Assembly (NCBI GenBank): GCA_038087875.1
Contig: CM075993.1
Location: 10,294,001-10,358,000, forward strand
Length of the DNA: 64,000 nt
Origin: Malacoraja senta
Lineage: Eukaryota
Direction of reading: 5' to 3'
The notes under the pieces were generated by a model, which worked only from the letters and a program-made list of their open reading frames with translations, was not told the DNA's origin and ran no database searches. The position numbers were made by a program, and so were the translations under genes. Positions within the stretch are counted from its first letter, which is position 1. Every line of letters begins with the position of its first letter. Positions 1-11,973 of the stretch are shown here, piece by piece.

Positions 1-394
1 CCAATCCTGGACCCTCCACTCATCACTTTAAATTTCATGTTTCATGTATCTTGTTGCGTTTTATGACGTTGGCAGACCAATACCTCCTGGGGTAAATAAA
101 GTCCTATCGTATCGTATCGTAAATCATCATCAGTCCCTTTTCCTTCCACGGATGCTGCCTGGCCTGCTGAGTTCCACTTGCACTTTCCCCCCCGATTCCG
201 CCCCCACACCCCCCACATAAGACATACCAAGAAACAGTAAAACACACTTTTAAGACATACTTAAAATAATAAACAGAGAGGGGACTGACAGACTGTTGGC
301 GAGGCAGCCACCGCGGTGGCGCCACCCGGTGGATGGGTGACATTTTGGGTCGAGACCCTTCTTCAATCATGGGGTGAAGTTCGATAGGCTGAGC

Positions 395-990
395 TTGTTA
401 GCCCTGCGCTGGAGGCCATTGAGGGGTGATCTGTAGAAGTATGGAAGATTATAGACAATAGACAATGGGTGCAGGAGTAGGCCATTTGGCCCTTCCAGCC
501 AGCACCGCCATTCAATGTGATCATGGCTGATCATCCCCAATCAGTACCTCCTTCCTGCCTTCTCCCCATATCCCCTGACTCCGCTATTTTTAAGAGCCCT
601 ATCTAGCTCTCTCTTGAAAGCATCCAGAGAACCTGCCTCCACCGCCCTCTGAGGAAGAGAATTCCACACTCACCACTCTCTGAGAAAAAGTGTTTCCTCG
701 TCTCCGTTCTAAATGGCTTATTCTTATTATGAGAGGTAGAGATAGGGTAGGTAGTCAAACTCTTTTTCCCTTGAGAGGAGTTTTCAAGGAGATTTTGTGA
801 TAACTATTTTTAAACAGTGGTTGATAATCTGGAACAGGCTGCCTGATATTTAGTGGAGTTAGACATAATTACTATGCTTAAGAGTCATTTAGACAGGCAC
901 TTATACAGGCAAGACATACTGTAGAAGGGTGACAGTCCCAATGCAGGCAAATGGGATAACAGTAGATGCCCAAATATTTCTGTGCTGCAT
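395..990 (+). mobile_element. Degenerate CR1 LINE 3' fragment, interrupted by a younger antisense CR1 3' end (about 449-730)
   Basis: Resembles the CR1 3' ends elsewhere in the window. The nested piece matches 15631-15899 (GGCCATT..GGCCCTT..AGCCAGCACCGCCATTCA) and has an (ATAGACA)n tail. Boundaries approximate. Confidence 0.6.
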
Positions 991-1067
991 AGTTCCAGCA
1001 TAGTTCCATGACCACTTGGTGGAAAGGACTCTGGCCTGAGGGGTAGTTGAGACTGGACATAACATGG

Positions 1068-1530
1068 ATTCAATTCAATTCAATTCAATTCCTTTATTGT
1101 CATCTTGCAAGCAACAGTTGTGCAGTGCAAAACGAAAAGACGTTTCCCAGGGAATACCGGAGCATCGCACATGACGTTTAAAACATTTCACACATAATAA
1201 TAACAACACTAAAACAATCCAGTCCCTGATGGAACAGTATAAGTTAAAATAGATACAAACAACGTTAAAATACAGTAAGACCAATCATAAACATGTACGG
1301 GGTGGCTGATTTGAGTGGCCAGTGCCAGTTATTGAAGTGGCCAGTGCCAGTTATTATAGTGTCCATGCCAAGCCGCAGAATCAGGTGACTGCGAGTACAG
1401 AGTGGCTGTTTAGCAGCCTCACAGCATATGGCAGGAAGCTGTTTAGCAGTCTTGTAGTCCGGGCTTTGATGCTGCGATATCTCTTGCCTGATGGCAGGAG
1501 ATCCAGGTGTATGTGGAGGGGGTGCATGGA
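1068..1530 (-). mobile_element. Rex1/Babar-type LINE 3' end
   Basis: Minus-strand peptide LLPSGKRYRSIKARTTRLLNSFLPYAVRLLN matches the C-terminus of the Rex1 copy at 16126-17782. (CAATT)n tail at 1068-1090. Confidence 0.7.
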
Positions 1531-1577
1531 GGGAGGTTTCAAAAGGCGAGCGCTGTTATAGATTGGAAATAACCGAC

Positions 1578-1689
1578 CCTGGTTATGGAATGGATGTGGG
1601 GTGAGCAGATCAGCTCCAGGTCTGGTGCAACATTGAGACGATAAACAGTGTATGTGGGACAACAGACGGGGAAAGATCCCTGTTTCATT
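1578..1689 (-). CDS. Candidate exon D of an unrecognised minus-strand gene (R|MKQGSFPVCCPTYTVYRLNVAPDLELICSPHIHSITR)
   Basis: Acceptor ctgttttttAG, donor AGG|GTCGGT, 112 nt, phase 2 to 0. Open in the phase required by exon C. Lies in non-repeat sequence. Confidence 0.45.
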
Positions 1690-2046
1690 CTAAAAAACAG
1701 GTGCTCATTGCTCTAAAGTCTTTTTGACAAATGGTTTCAGCAACCATTACGAACACATGGATATTTCTGTCCTTATCTCTCTCCACTGATAATGGGGAAG
1801 TGGTGCAGTATTTTACACCATATACTGTGGTAAGTGCTATAGCAAGCTGCAACAAAATGATATTTATTTTAAAAAAAATACATTTCTTCCAATTTCATCC
1901 TGTCTCTGAAAATAGATTGCACAAATAAGGTACTGCTTTGAACAATGGCATGTTTTCTGAAAAATAAATCCCTGAATCTACCCACACTAGAAATAGAATA
2001 GGAAATCTCTAACATTAGCAAATTTTTTTTTAAACTGCGCATGCTG

Positions 2047-2655
2047 GAAACAAAGAAAATAGGTGCAGGAGTAGGCCATTCGGCCCTTCGAGCCTGCACC
2101 GCCATTCAATATGATCATGGCTGATCATCCAACTCAGTATCCCGTACCTGCCTTTTCTCCATACCCCCTGATCCCCTTAGCCACAAGGCCCTCTTAAATA
2201 TAGCCAATGAACTGGCCTCAACTACCTTCTGTGGCAGAGAATTCCAGAGATTCACCACTCTCTGTGTGAAAAATGTTATTCTCATCTCGGTCCTAAAAGA
2301 CTTCCCCCCCTTATCCTTAAACTGTGACCCCTTGTTCTGGACTTCCACAACATCGGGAACAATCTTCCTGCATCTAACCTGTCCAACCCCTTAAGAATTT
2401 TGTAAGTTTCTATAAGATCCCCCCTCAATCTTCTAAATTCTAGCGAGTACAAGCCGAGTCTATCCAGTCTTTCTTCATATGAAAATCCTGACATCCCAGG
2501 AATCAGTCTGGTGAACCTTCTCTGTACTCCCTCTATGGCAAGAATGTCTTTCCTCAGATTAGGAGACCAAAACTGTACGCAATACTCCAGATGTGGTCTC
2601 ACCAAGACCCTGTACAACTGCAGTAGAACCTCCCTGCTCCTATACTCAAATCCTT
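2047..2655 (-). mobile_element. CR1 LINE 3' end
   Basis: ORFs 2282..2617 (YRVLVRPHLEYCVQFWSP...LYSLEFRRLRGDLIETYKI) and 2115..2348 (FFTQRVVNLWNSLP) are the CR1 ORF2 C-terminus. Confidence 0.9.
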
Positions 2656-2743
2656 AGTGTTAAATCAAACAGAAAATGCAAGAAACTCAAAAAGTCACTT
2701 TAATTTGCTACTATAGTTCTCCAGCCCACGCTGAGCTCTCTAC

Positions 2744-2883
2744 CTGTGGCTCGCATACGGCTCAATGCCAGTTCGGAGAGGAGCGCTCTTCTTCCATCTC
2801 AGCACATTGCAGCCTTCCAGACTCAGTACAGGATTCCCCAACTTCAGGTAACACTCCTTCTGGGCCAGTTGCAAGTCATTTAT
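2744..2883 (-). CDS. Candidate exon C of the minus-strand gene (INDLQLAQKECYLKLGNPVLSLEGCNVLRWKKSAPLRTGIEPYASH-R)
   Basis: Acceptor tactacAG, donor AG|GTAGAG, 140 nt, phase 0 to 2. Only this frame is open. The polypyrimidine tract is weak because a Penelope-derived repeat sits about 14 nt upstream. Confidence 0.45.
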
Positions 2884-2896
2884 CTGTAGTATTGAT

Positions 2897-3135
2897 CGAC
2901 ACAAAATGCTGGAGTAACTCAGCGGGACAGGCAGCATCTCTGTAGAGAAGGAATGGGTGACGTTTCGGGTCGAGACCCTTCTTCAGACTGCATCAGGGGA
3001 GAGGGAGATACAGAGATAAGGAAATGTAAGGTGTGAAAACGAGACAAAGGGGATGGAGATCAAGGATAATGAAGAATAGATCATTGTTAGCTAGGAAAAG
3101 GTAACAATAAAGTAAATAGGGATAAAACATAGTAT
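2897..3135 (-). mobile_element. Penelope-like element terminal (pseudo-LTR) fragment
   Basis: Same sequence that flanks the GIY-YIG ORF at 21250-22130 (ACACAAAATGCTGGAGTAACTCAGCGGGACAGGCAGCATCTC...GACGTTTCGGGTCGAGACCCTTCTTCAG). Confidence 0.75.
2959..2986 (-). ncRNA. Minimal type I hammerhead ribozyme core motif (best-preserved copy)
   Basis: Minus strand reads CUGAAGA-A-GGGUC-UC-GACCC-GAAAC-GUC: CUGANGA box, 5-bp stem II, GAAA box, palindromic ACGU stem III and a GUC site. Stem I is only about 2 bp in this copy. Confidence 0.55.
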
Positions 3136-3849
3136 TGGTTCAGGTGTTCGCTCCGTCACTGCAGCCTGATCTGCTGGGCATGTCCCACAGCCTTGTTATG
3201 CTTATTTGATGTATTATTAACCTTTAATTGTCCACATTCACTCATTTGACCAGAGAACCTGTACAATTTATCTCCAAGGTAATCCTGGCCTCATTATCAG
3301 ATAACCCCTTGATCTAACCAACTTTTCCTCGACCTTTGCCACAGTTCTCATTTCTGATAAAGGGTTCTGTACCTGAAATGTTAACCATTGCTCTTTCCAC
3401 GGATGCTGCCTGACCTCTGGAATATTTCTAGCATTTTTATCCCTTACTCAGCTACAGCCAAGTACAATGACAATGCTTTTCAGGCATCTTTTGTGCAAGT
3501 CTGCAGGTCAGATATTATTTAGGTACTTGTGCACTCTAGATTCACACGTTGAGAAAGTGAGAGTGAACCTTGTTGCAGAGGGACAGTGTGGAACACAGGG
3601 TGAGAAGTAAAAGTACAAAAATCAAGCACAAAGACAGGAAGGAAAGACACAATAAAGAAATTAAGAAACCACCTTTTGGGTCTTTATGCAAACATTTCCT
3701 TCTGTTACCCTATATTAGATTGTGTGATTACACTCCAGTGAAGCATCATGAAACAGTTTAATGCCACTATATACACAACAAAATCTGAGCACCGTGAAAA
3801 CACTCAGCAGGTCAGAGTTAAATGTTCAGATCAATTAGAGCCATGAATC

Positions 3850-4900
3850 TGTAGATTTAGACAACACAGAAACAGCCCCTCAGGGCAAACTTGTCCATAG
3901 AGTCAAAGAGTGATACAGCATAGAAACAGACCTCTTGGCCCAACTTGCCCACGCCGGCCAATATGTCCAGATATACTAGTCCCACCTGCCCGCGTTTGGT
4001 CCATATCCCTTCAAATTTGCCCTATCCATGTACGTCTTACTGTTTCTTAAACGTTGGGATAGTCCCTGCCTCAAATACAGTACCTCCTCTGGCAGCTTGT
4101 TCCATACACCCACCACCCTCTGTGTGAAAAAGTTACCGCTCAGATTCCTATTAAATCTTTTCCCCTTCACCTTAAACCTATGTCCTCTGGTCCTCGATTC
4201 ACCTACTCTGGGCAAGAGACACTGTGCATCTACCTGATCTATCCCTCTCATGATTTTACACACCTCTATAAATCACCCCTCATACTCCTGCACTTCAAGG
4301 AATAGAGTCCCAGCCTACTCAACACCTCCCTATAGCTCAGACCCTCTAGTCCTGGCATCATCCTCGTAAATCTTCTCTGTACCCTTTCCAGCTTGACAAC
4401 ACCTTTCCTATAACATGGTGTCCAGAGCTGAACACAATACTCTAAATGCAGCCTCACGAACGTCTTATACAACTGCAACATTACCTCCCAACTTCTATAC
4501 TCAATATGTAGGAAGGAACTGCAGATAGACACAAAATGCTGGAGTAACTCAGCGGGTCAGGCAGCATCTCTGGAGCAAAGGAATAGGTGACATTTTGGGT
4601 CGAGAAGAATGGTCTCGACCCAAAACATCATCTATTCCTCTTCTCCAGAGATGCTGTCTGACCCGCTGAGTTACTCCAGCTTGTTGTGTCCATCTTCTAT
4701 GCTCAATACTCTAAGGCTAATGTGCCAAAAGCCTTTTTGACTACTCTATCTACCTGCGACTCCACCTTCGAGGAACCACGACCTGCGCTCCTAGATCCCT
4801 CTGCCCTACAACACTCCCCAGAGCCCTATCATTCACTGTGTAGGTCCTGCCCATGTTAGACTTCCCAAAATGCCATACCTCACATTGTCCATGTTGACCA
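3850..4900 (-). mobile_element. CR1 LINE 3' portion, interrupted at 4507-4693
   Basis: ORFs 3976..4263 and 4266..4532 (LYKTFVRLHLEYCVQLW...RVQRRFTRM...GLYSL) are CR1 ORF2. Confidence 0.85.
4507..4693. mobile_element. Head-to-head palindromic Penelope-derived mini-element with 15-bp TSD
   Basis: Two inverted copies of the GCTGGAGTAACTCAGCGGGTCAG..GCATCTCTGGAG unit. Flanked by CTTCTATACTCAATA (4492-4506) and CTTCTATGCTCAATA (4694-4708). Confidence 0.75.
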
Positions 4901-5129
4901 AAATGCCCGGGGTCTTATTGTAGCCCTGTATATGGGGTGGGGGTGGGGGGTGAACTGTGGAAGGTGCTGTACCCTGGGGACAAGGTGAAGGTCGAAGTAC
5001 AAGGTGAAGATCGAAGGTCAGCCTCTAAATGTGCACATATTCAAGCATCATCTGATTCTATGCCTTCTACAACACTCTGTGACTTGTAATGCACACTTTG
5101 CGCACTAGGGGACAGTATTGAATTAATTT

Positions 5130-5640
5130 CGAGTTAGATTATTTGCAGACAGAGTATAATCTCCAGTACACCACCACAGGCTTTGGCTGGGAAGAGCAAA
5201 GATCACGCCTTGATTCTGGCACAAAGCCCATTCTTCTGTGCAGCAGTGATTCCTGCCCTCCTGAGCATCAGGGACTTGGACTGGCCACAGCAGACAAAGC
5301 ACTCGAGGGACTACAAAACTGTACTTGCAAAGCAATCCAACTCCCATGGGACTGGCAGAAACACAAAGCAATTTCAGCATTATCTACCAGTCAACATCCA
5401 CAGTATTGTGGTTCTTGGTACATTAGGTTGCTTTGAAAGACACACAGTCTCATTTACATGTGTGATATCTGACACCAAAACAAACTCTATGTTCTGAGCT
5501 TCGATATGACAGGAAAATACGAAATGGATTGAGGATAACATTCAAGGATGTTCTGAAAGTCCTTCTTAAAAATGTGAAATATTTCCAAAGATTCCTGGGA
5601 AACTCTTGGCCACAGTAATGCCCATAAAAGAGCAACCAGG
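5130..5640 (+). mobile_element. Old RTE-clade LINE fragment (C-terminal part of ORF)
   Basis: Frameshifted peptides LQYTTTGFG..GTK..AAVIPALL..W..NFSII..NIHSI..SDTK follow the RTE order (LQ.AS.AFG..TK..AVVIPALLY..HWQ..N.SVL..NIPSI..PDTRLPK). Confidence 0.55.
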
Positions 5641-6299
5641 AAGACATTGAGATCCTCAAATTGATTCATTGGTAGCAACAGAATCCCTGTAATTCTTGCA
5701 GACAGCATCAACAACCAAGATAAAGGTGTTGGTGAAAGCATTATGATAACCTTAGGAAGTATTGCAAGCTCAAGTTCATTGTCATATGCGCAAATATCAC
5801 AAATATCTTGCATGTCTTCTTCCTTTCTGCTCTAATGGAAAGGTTTGGAATGACCCAGAAATTGACTTTTCGATTCGATACGACTCTATTTATCCTGGAG
5901 AGAAATTGGTCTGCCACCAGTCAAAAGACACAGTTACAAGGCAACGAAAGTGTCATGGGCATTACAATAATAATGAAATGTAAGTGAGCAGTTATTGCAC
6001 AGCACATGTGTAATATTGCACACCACATTGCATAGCACATGTGTAATATTGCACACCAGTTATTGTACAGCACGTGTAATATTGCACAAACGTGAAATTA
6101 ACTTATCAAGTGGAAACGTCCAGGATGAGGGATGTGCAAAGATGGGGGGGGGGAGGGAGTCAGTCTAACCCACGACAGAGGGGGAAGAATTATACAGTTT
6201 GATACCCACAGGTGAAAGGGATCTCCTGAGACATTCTGTGCAGCACCTTGGTGGGACCAGTCTGTTGCTAAAGGTGCTCCTCAGGTTGACCAATGTGTC

Positions 6300-6690
6300 G
6301 AGTCAAGTCACATTTATTTATATAGCACATTTAAAAAACAACTCTCGTTGGCCAATGTGCTTTACATTTGTTATAAGAATAGTATAAACAAACAAACTAC
6401 ATACATATATACATATAGCCCTTGCTCAGAGGACGTCAAGAAAGGTTTGGGAGTATAGATACGTTTTTAGTCTTGACTTAAAGGAGTCGATGGAGGGGGC
6501 AGTTCTGATGGGAAGGGGGATGCTGTTCCACAGTCTAGGAGCTGCAACCGCAAAGGCGCGGCCGCCCCTGAGCTTATGCCTAGACCGCGGGATATTCAGT
6601 AACCCCAAGTCGGCCGATCTGAGGGACCTGGAGGTGGAGTGGTGGGTGAGAAGACTTTTGATGTAGGTGGGGGCAAGCCCATTGAGGGGG
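6300..6690 (-). mobile_element. L2 LINE 3' end
   Basis: Peptide GGRAFAVAAPRLWNSIPLPIRTAPSIDSFKSRLKTYLY. Near-identical copy at 18655-18977 on the + strand. Confidence 0.85.
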
Positions 6691-7006
6691 TGAGATGTAC
6701 CAATGCCAGCAATATAAGAACAAACTCAAAGTTAATGAAAGCTTTCATAAATAGATAAATTGCTGGAAGCACTTGGCTGGTCAGGCAGAATCGCAATATT
6801 CCAAGTGTTTTTTGGGCTCAGGTTTATAGTTGGAGCGACTCTCAGCCTTCTGATGGATGCCAAGATATATCCAGTTATTCACAGCTCTGCTGTCTTTCTT
6901 AATTACTTCTGACTTTAAAAACGATAATATCAATGATTTGCATCATCATTTTTGTACAAAGTGGATGAAATGCCCAATTCCTGATACAGCCTGCCATATT
7001 TCTTAC

Positions 7007-7053
7007 AATGGCCATCTGCTCAAGCACCCCAGGATGCATAAGGTTTCTAAAAC
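7007..7053 (-). CDS. Candidate exon B of the minus-strand gene (G|FRNLMHPGVLEQMAI)
   Basis: Acceptor gttttgcAG, donor ATT|GTAAGA, 47 nt, phase 1 to 0. Joins exons A and C in frame. Confidence 0.45.
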
Positions 7054-7638
7054 CTGCAAAACATTGTCTCCAACTTTGGTTGACCTGATATAAATTTACA
7101 GAATCTTCTAGTTAATCCTGGTACTTCAATTACTTTTAAAGTACAATGAAGTAACAACAAGTCTGATCAAGAAAGACAAGGCACATGGAATCCAAAGTGT
7201 TTTGACAAAACAAAGAGGAGAGGGTAGTAGTCGAGGTTTTTTTTCTGGATGTTTGTTATATAACTTGAATGAGAAGCCTGTGGAATGTCAAGTATGTTTT
7301 CTAATGATACCAAGGTTGGTTGAGTTGTAGACTGGATGGCTGCCTGAGGATACAGAGGGACACAGGTCTACTGGAAAGGTTGGTGGACCAGCGGCCAATG
7401 GAGTTTAATAGTAAGATTAAACGAGAACTTACCTAAGTTTGAAGTTTGATCTTTATTTTATGAGGAGTTACGTAGGTGATTACGTGAAGAACCCCGCCAG
7501 TGCGCCTGCGCGTCACTCTTCAAAGCAGCGGTGTGAAATCACAAAAAACAACAACCTAAGTAATATAGTCTCATAATAAAACGAGTAATACAAGAACTTC
7601 CATCTGACCTTTATGATAGAGGGTAGGGTCGTGGCGGG

Positions 7639-7752
7639 CACGTAATCACCTACGTAACTCCTCATAAAATAAAGATCAAACTTCAAACTTAGGTAAGTTC
7701 TCGTTTAATCTTACTATTTTACTTCAGAGTCACGTGAGTGACTACGTGAAGA
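7639..7752. repeat. DIRS internal complementary region (ICR)
   Basis: 7639-7718 is the reverse complement of 7407-7486. 7716-7752 is the reverse complement of 12148-12184 with one mismatch. Confidence 0.95.
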
Positions 7753-7920
7753 TTTTAAAGCTTTGTGATTTCATGCCGTGGCTCAATCCCGGCTTCTCAC
7801 TGCATTGATTGACTCGGAACGAGAATAATCAATCATGCATTCATAATAACATTTGTACCACAAATGCAGTAATTCATTTCAATAATGAAATTAATCAGAT
7901 CCTCTTTAAACCAGAGGAAT

Positions 7921-8784
7921 TTACACAGAACTTAAAATAGTTTCTGCAAACAATCCCGCATTAACAATAGGCCGATGGTAAAAATGTTGAAACATCAACT
8001 CATTGGACCACCCGGCGGCTGCGAGGATATGGTCGACGGGAACGTCTTTTGCCATGGCCGCCGACGTTTCTGCTGCCCTAGTCGAGTGAGAGGTAAAAAC
8101 ATAAGTGTTAATACCAGCAGCTGTTAAGACTTCTTTTATCCATCTGGAAATAGTCTGTATTGAAACTCTCTTGTGTGGTTTCTTGTGTGTGATCAACAAC
8201 CCAGTTTCCGTATTTCTCAAATTCTTTGTGACCTCAATGTATTGTAACAAATATGTCTTAATACAGAGACAAGGATCATTTGGATATACTGCTAGTATAA
8301 TTTTAAATCCTGTCACACCTGGCCTAATTTGCTTTAGTAGGTCATAGATATAGAATGTAACCTTATCTTCAGTTACTTCCATACTGTCTATTTGTAATTT
8401 TCCAAGTGTTTGCACTCGTTGTGCTGTCACTCATGCCATAAGCATTAATACTTTCATACTGAGCTTGGCCAAAGGTAAAGACACACTTGATGACCATTCA
8501 CGAAGTAGTTTCAGTACCACACTTACATCCCAGATTGTCATGTACCTAGGTTTCGGTGGTTTGGAATTAAAGATTCCTTTCATTAGTCTGGAAACAATTG
8601 GGTGTGACCCAATTGGGTTTCTTTCTGAATCCAGAACCAAATATGAGGACAATGCACTTCTGGCTGAATTAATTGCACTACAACTCAGACCTTCATCATA
8701 ATAAAGTTTTGACAGAAATTCTAAACATTTGAAATATCTGCAGTACTTTATTGCACATTCTTTTGTACACAGAACTCTTCCCAT
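7921..8784 (-). pseudogene. DIRS tyrosine recombinase (one in-frame stop at 8431-8433)
   Basis: ORFs 8431..8784 and 7921..8430 are in frame (LMLMA*VTAQRVQTL). Catalytic-type motifs AQR, HSTR and AAGWS...FYHR are present. Confidence 0.9.
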
Positions 8785-8935
8785 TTCTTAATATAAAACA
8801 GGTACTGTTTTTGAGTGCTCTTCCTCCAGGCTGCCGTAAGCATGTCCACAGTACGCTCAGACAGTCCTCGTCCCAGAAAAGGCATTCTTAAAACCTGCAA
8901 ATCAACAAATCCAAACAATCATATAATGGATGTTG

Positions 8936-10560
8936 TTACCCTGTTACAGGGTGCAGCAATAAATTACTCCTTTTTGGGACTTTCATCAACATTTGTGTTG
9001 TTAATTCTAATATCAGCGGATACCATGGCTGTGTAGGCCAATCTGGTACTACCAATACCCTTGAAGCAGCATCTTGCCTGATTTTAAGCAAACATTGGCT
9101 TATGAGGAAGAAAGGTGGAAATATATATGAAAACATACCACCCCAATGTAGTGAGAAAGCATCAATCGCCACTGCTCCTGGATCTGGTTTCCATGAGACA
9201 TATCTCGATAGCTGATGATTCAAGTCGATGTCGGGCATTCCAAATCTGATTACTATATCATTGAATACCTCTTGATTGAACATCCATTCTTTATTATCAT
9301 GGAACTTTCGTGACCTGGTGTCTGCTGTCGTGTTCATTCTACCTGGTAGATAGATAGCTGAAATCCAAATGTTCTTTTCAATACACCAAGACCAAAGTTG
9401 ATTTAACCATTTTGTCACATGACACCGACTTAATTCCACCCATATCATTAATATAGGCAACTGCTGTTGTGTTTATTAATTTGAACTTGAACCTTCCTTT
9501 TAGTTGTGTTAGAACCATAAGCTTGGAGTCCATAGAAACCTCCTAAAAGCTCCAAATAGGCAATTCCCCATGTCTGCAGTAACAATAACTTTTCCTGATT
9601 CCATCTGCCTCCGCAGCTAGATGTTAAGTCAGTTGCACCCCATCCTAGTGCACTGGCATCAGTTTGTAATATCATGGAAGGTTGTTCAATCATCACTTTG
9701 CCTGAACTGCTTGAGACATGTAGAATTCACCACTGCAGATTAGAAACAGCATTTGTTACTTGCATGGTTCTATCAAAATGACCAGCATTTACTCTCAGTG
9801 CCTGTTCTTTGATTCTCTGCAGCTGTTGATAATGTAATGGTCCATACTGGACTGCTGGGAATCTACTAATTTTCCCAGTACTCGAGCCACCTGTCTGATT
9901 AGAGGTTTTTGCTCGTTTAACAGATTACTGCAATCTTTAATCAACTCCACCCTTTTTTCACTGGGCTAAGTAATTTGCATTTGGGCTGAATCAATTGTGA
10001 ACCCCAAATAATCAATCGAGGTACATGTTTTTAACCTTGATTTCTTTGGATGAATTTAGAAACCCCCAAACTTTCAAAAGTTTGATTTCATAACTGCAAC
10101 CGATGCTTCTGTTGACTGTTTTGTCCTTCCTATAATCAGGACATCATCCAGGTATGCCATTAGTACATGCCCCTGGCTCTCAGCAACCCCAGAATTGATT
10201 TTAACAATTTTATGAATATTCTGGGAGCGAACGTTAACCCATTAGGCAGAGCTTTGAACTGCCCTAATTGGTTCATCCATGTAAATTTAAGATACTTCAT
10301 ATCTTGCAAGTGAACAGGCACTGAACAAAAGGATTCAGACTTGTCAAGTCTATAATAATCCTACATCCTCCATCCTTTTTTGATCGAGGGAATATATTTG
10401 ACCCAAATTGGTGAATTTGGTAGACTGATTCTTCAATAACACCTTTTATATATCGGGTTTTGAAGCGCAGCTTGAACCTCCATTACTTCGCAAAGTGGAG
10501 AGTTCTGCTAGGAACATGCTGGACAGGCAAATCATAATTTGGATTGAATTCAATTCAAAA
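8936..10560 (-). pseudogene. DIRS pol: RT, RNase H and Dam-like methyltransferase domain (frameshifted)
   Basis: YLDD codons (+ strand ATCATCCAGGTA at about 10143-10154), LQTDASALGWGA (RNase H), and DAFSLHW..YIFPPF..LVVPDWPTQPWYP (DIRS methyltransferase-like). Confidence 0.85.
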
Positions 10561-11973
10561 TCCTTGTATATTATTCAGAATTACCACATCTGAAGTAATC
10601 CTCTTCCAATGTTTATAGAAGAGACGTAATCTGCCTCCAACTTTTGGACTTAATCCAGTTAGTATGTTCCCATGAGAACCAGGTCCACCTACCTCTTGAG
10701 TCATTTGAGTATTCTGAGATCCCTGGATTCTCCTGGAAGCACCACCACTGGTTCTTACTCCCGCTGCAGGCCGCCAGCTACGTCCCTGCGTTGATGAGCG
10801 ACTTGGTCCTGGTCTAGGATCCGTATGACGTCTGAAAGGATACTTCCTCTTTACAGACTTTGCAACCATTGATGTTATTAGCAATCCTGTTTTCGCTTCA
10901 TCTTCCAACTCTTTAATACGTCTCCCGAGATCCTCTCCAAAGAGTAAGTTGGGTAATTGTATATTACTTGGTTTGCAGAGTGCTGCGAATTTCGGATTCA
11001 TAGTAGGCCGTATAGCACCTTCCTCAGATAATTGATCTCGAAGGGGGTGCTGCATAGCAACCCCAGTGCTTCCTGATGCAACTTCGTCATCTCTTGGCTG
11101 TTATCTGCTATTCTGGTAAAAGCAGTTATTCCAGAACCCAGCAGCTTTAATATTCTCTGCAACTGATTCCAGATAATTTGGTTCACTGCTGCTGCTTTCA
11201 GCAACCCACAGTTACTTGGGGTCTCCTGCTTTCTTGCAGTCTCATCCATCTCCTGCTGTTCCAGCTGATGGTAAACCAAGTAATTTATTAAGGAGGCCAG
11301 TTCTTCTCCTAATGGCTCTCCTGACCCTGACGGGGCAGCGAATCCTACTGCCAGGGGTGGAACATCTGGCAGCTGCCATTCATCGCCTTGTACATCCTCA
11401 CCGTCAGAGTCGGGGTCTGAAATCTCATGACCCGTAGCACGCTCCTCATCCCTGAGGGTGCATTCCATCAGCCCTGTGCCAGGTGCTGTTGAGCTGCTTC
11501 CAGCAGCTTGGATTTCAGTACACTCCTTCCTAAGTGATCTTTGCTCCAAGAGCCTATGTAAAAGGCTTTCTATTTGGGCAATAAGCTCGAAAGCAGTATC
11601 TAGCCCTGTACCAGGAGCTGTTGAGCTGCTTCCAGCAGCTTGGATTTCAGTACACTCCTCCCTGAGTGAACTTTGCTCCAACAGCCTATGTAAAAGGCTT
11701 TCTATTTGGGCAATATGCTCGAAAGCAGTATCTAGCCCTGGAGCTACTTCCATTGCCTGGGACTCCCTCCGTGGGCCGTTGGGATTTAAACTTCGTCTTT
11801 TGCCCGACAGGCGCTGACTGTGTTTTCACCAGCCCCAGGTCCAGTCGCTATGCTCACCGCTGGCGACTGTACCGGGGTTTAGAGGCGGATGGTCTCTAAC
11901 CGCGGACTCCCGACTTTCCCGACTTTCTGTCGGCTGTGTCACTCGCCTCTTCCCCCTGTCCGTTTTTTCCCAT
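10555..11973 (-). pseudogene. DIRS gag-like ORF1 (frameshifted) with internal 132-bp tandem duplication
   Basis: ORFs 10998..11753 and 10555..11055 (LLFGEDL). Likely start GCGCCATGG at 11973. Confidence 0.7.
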
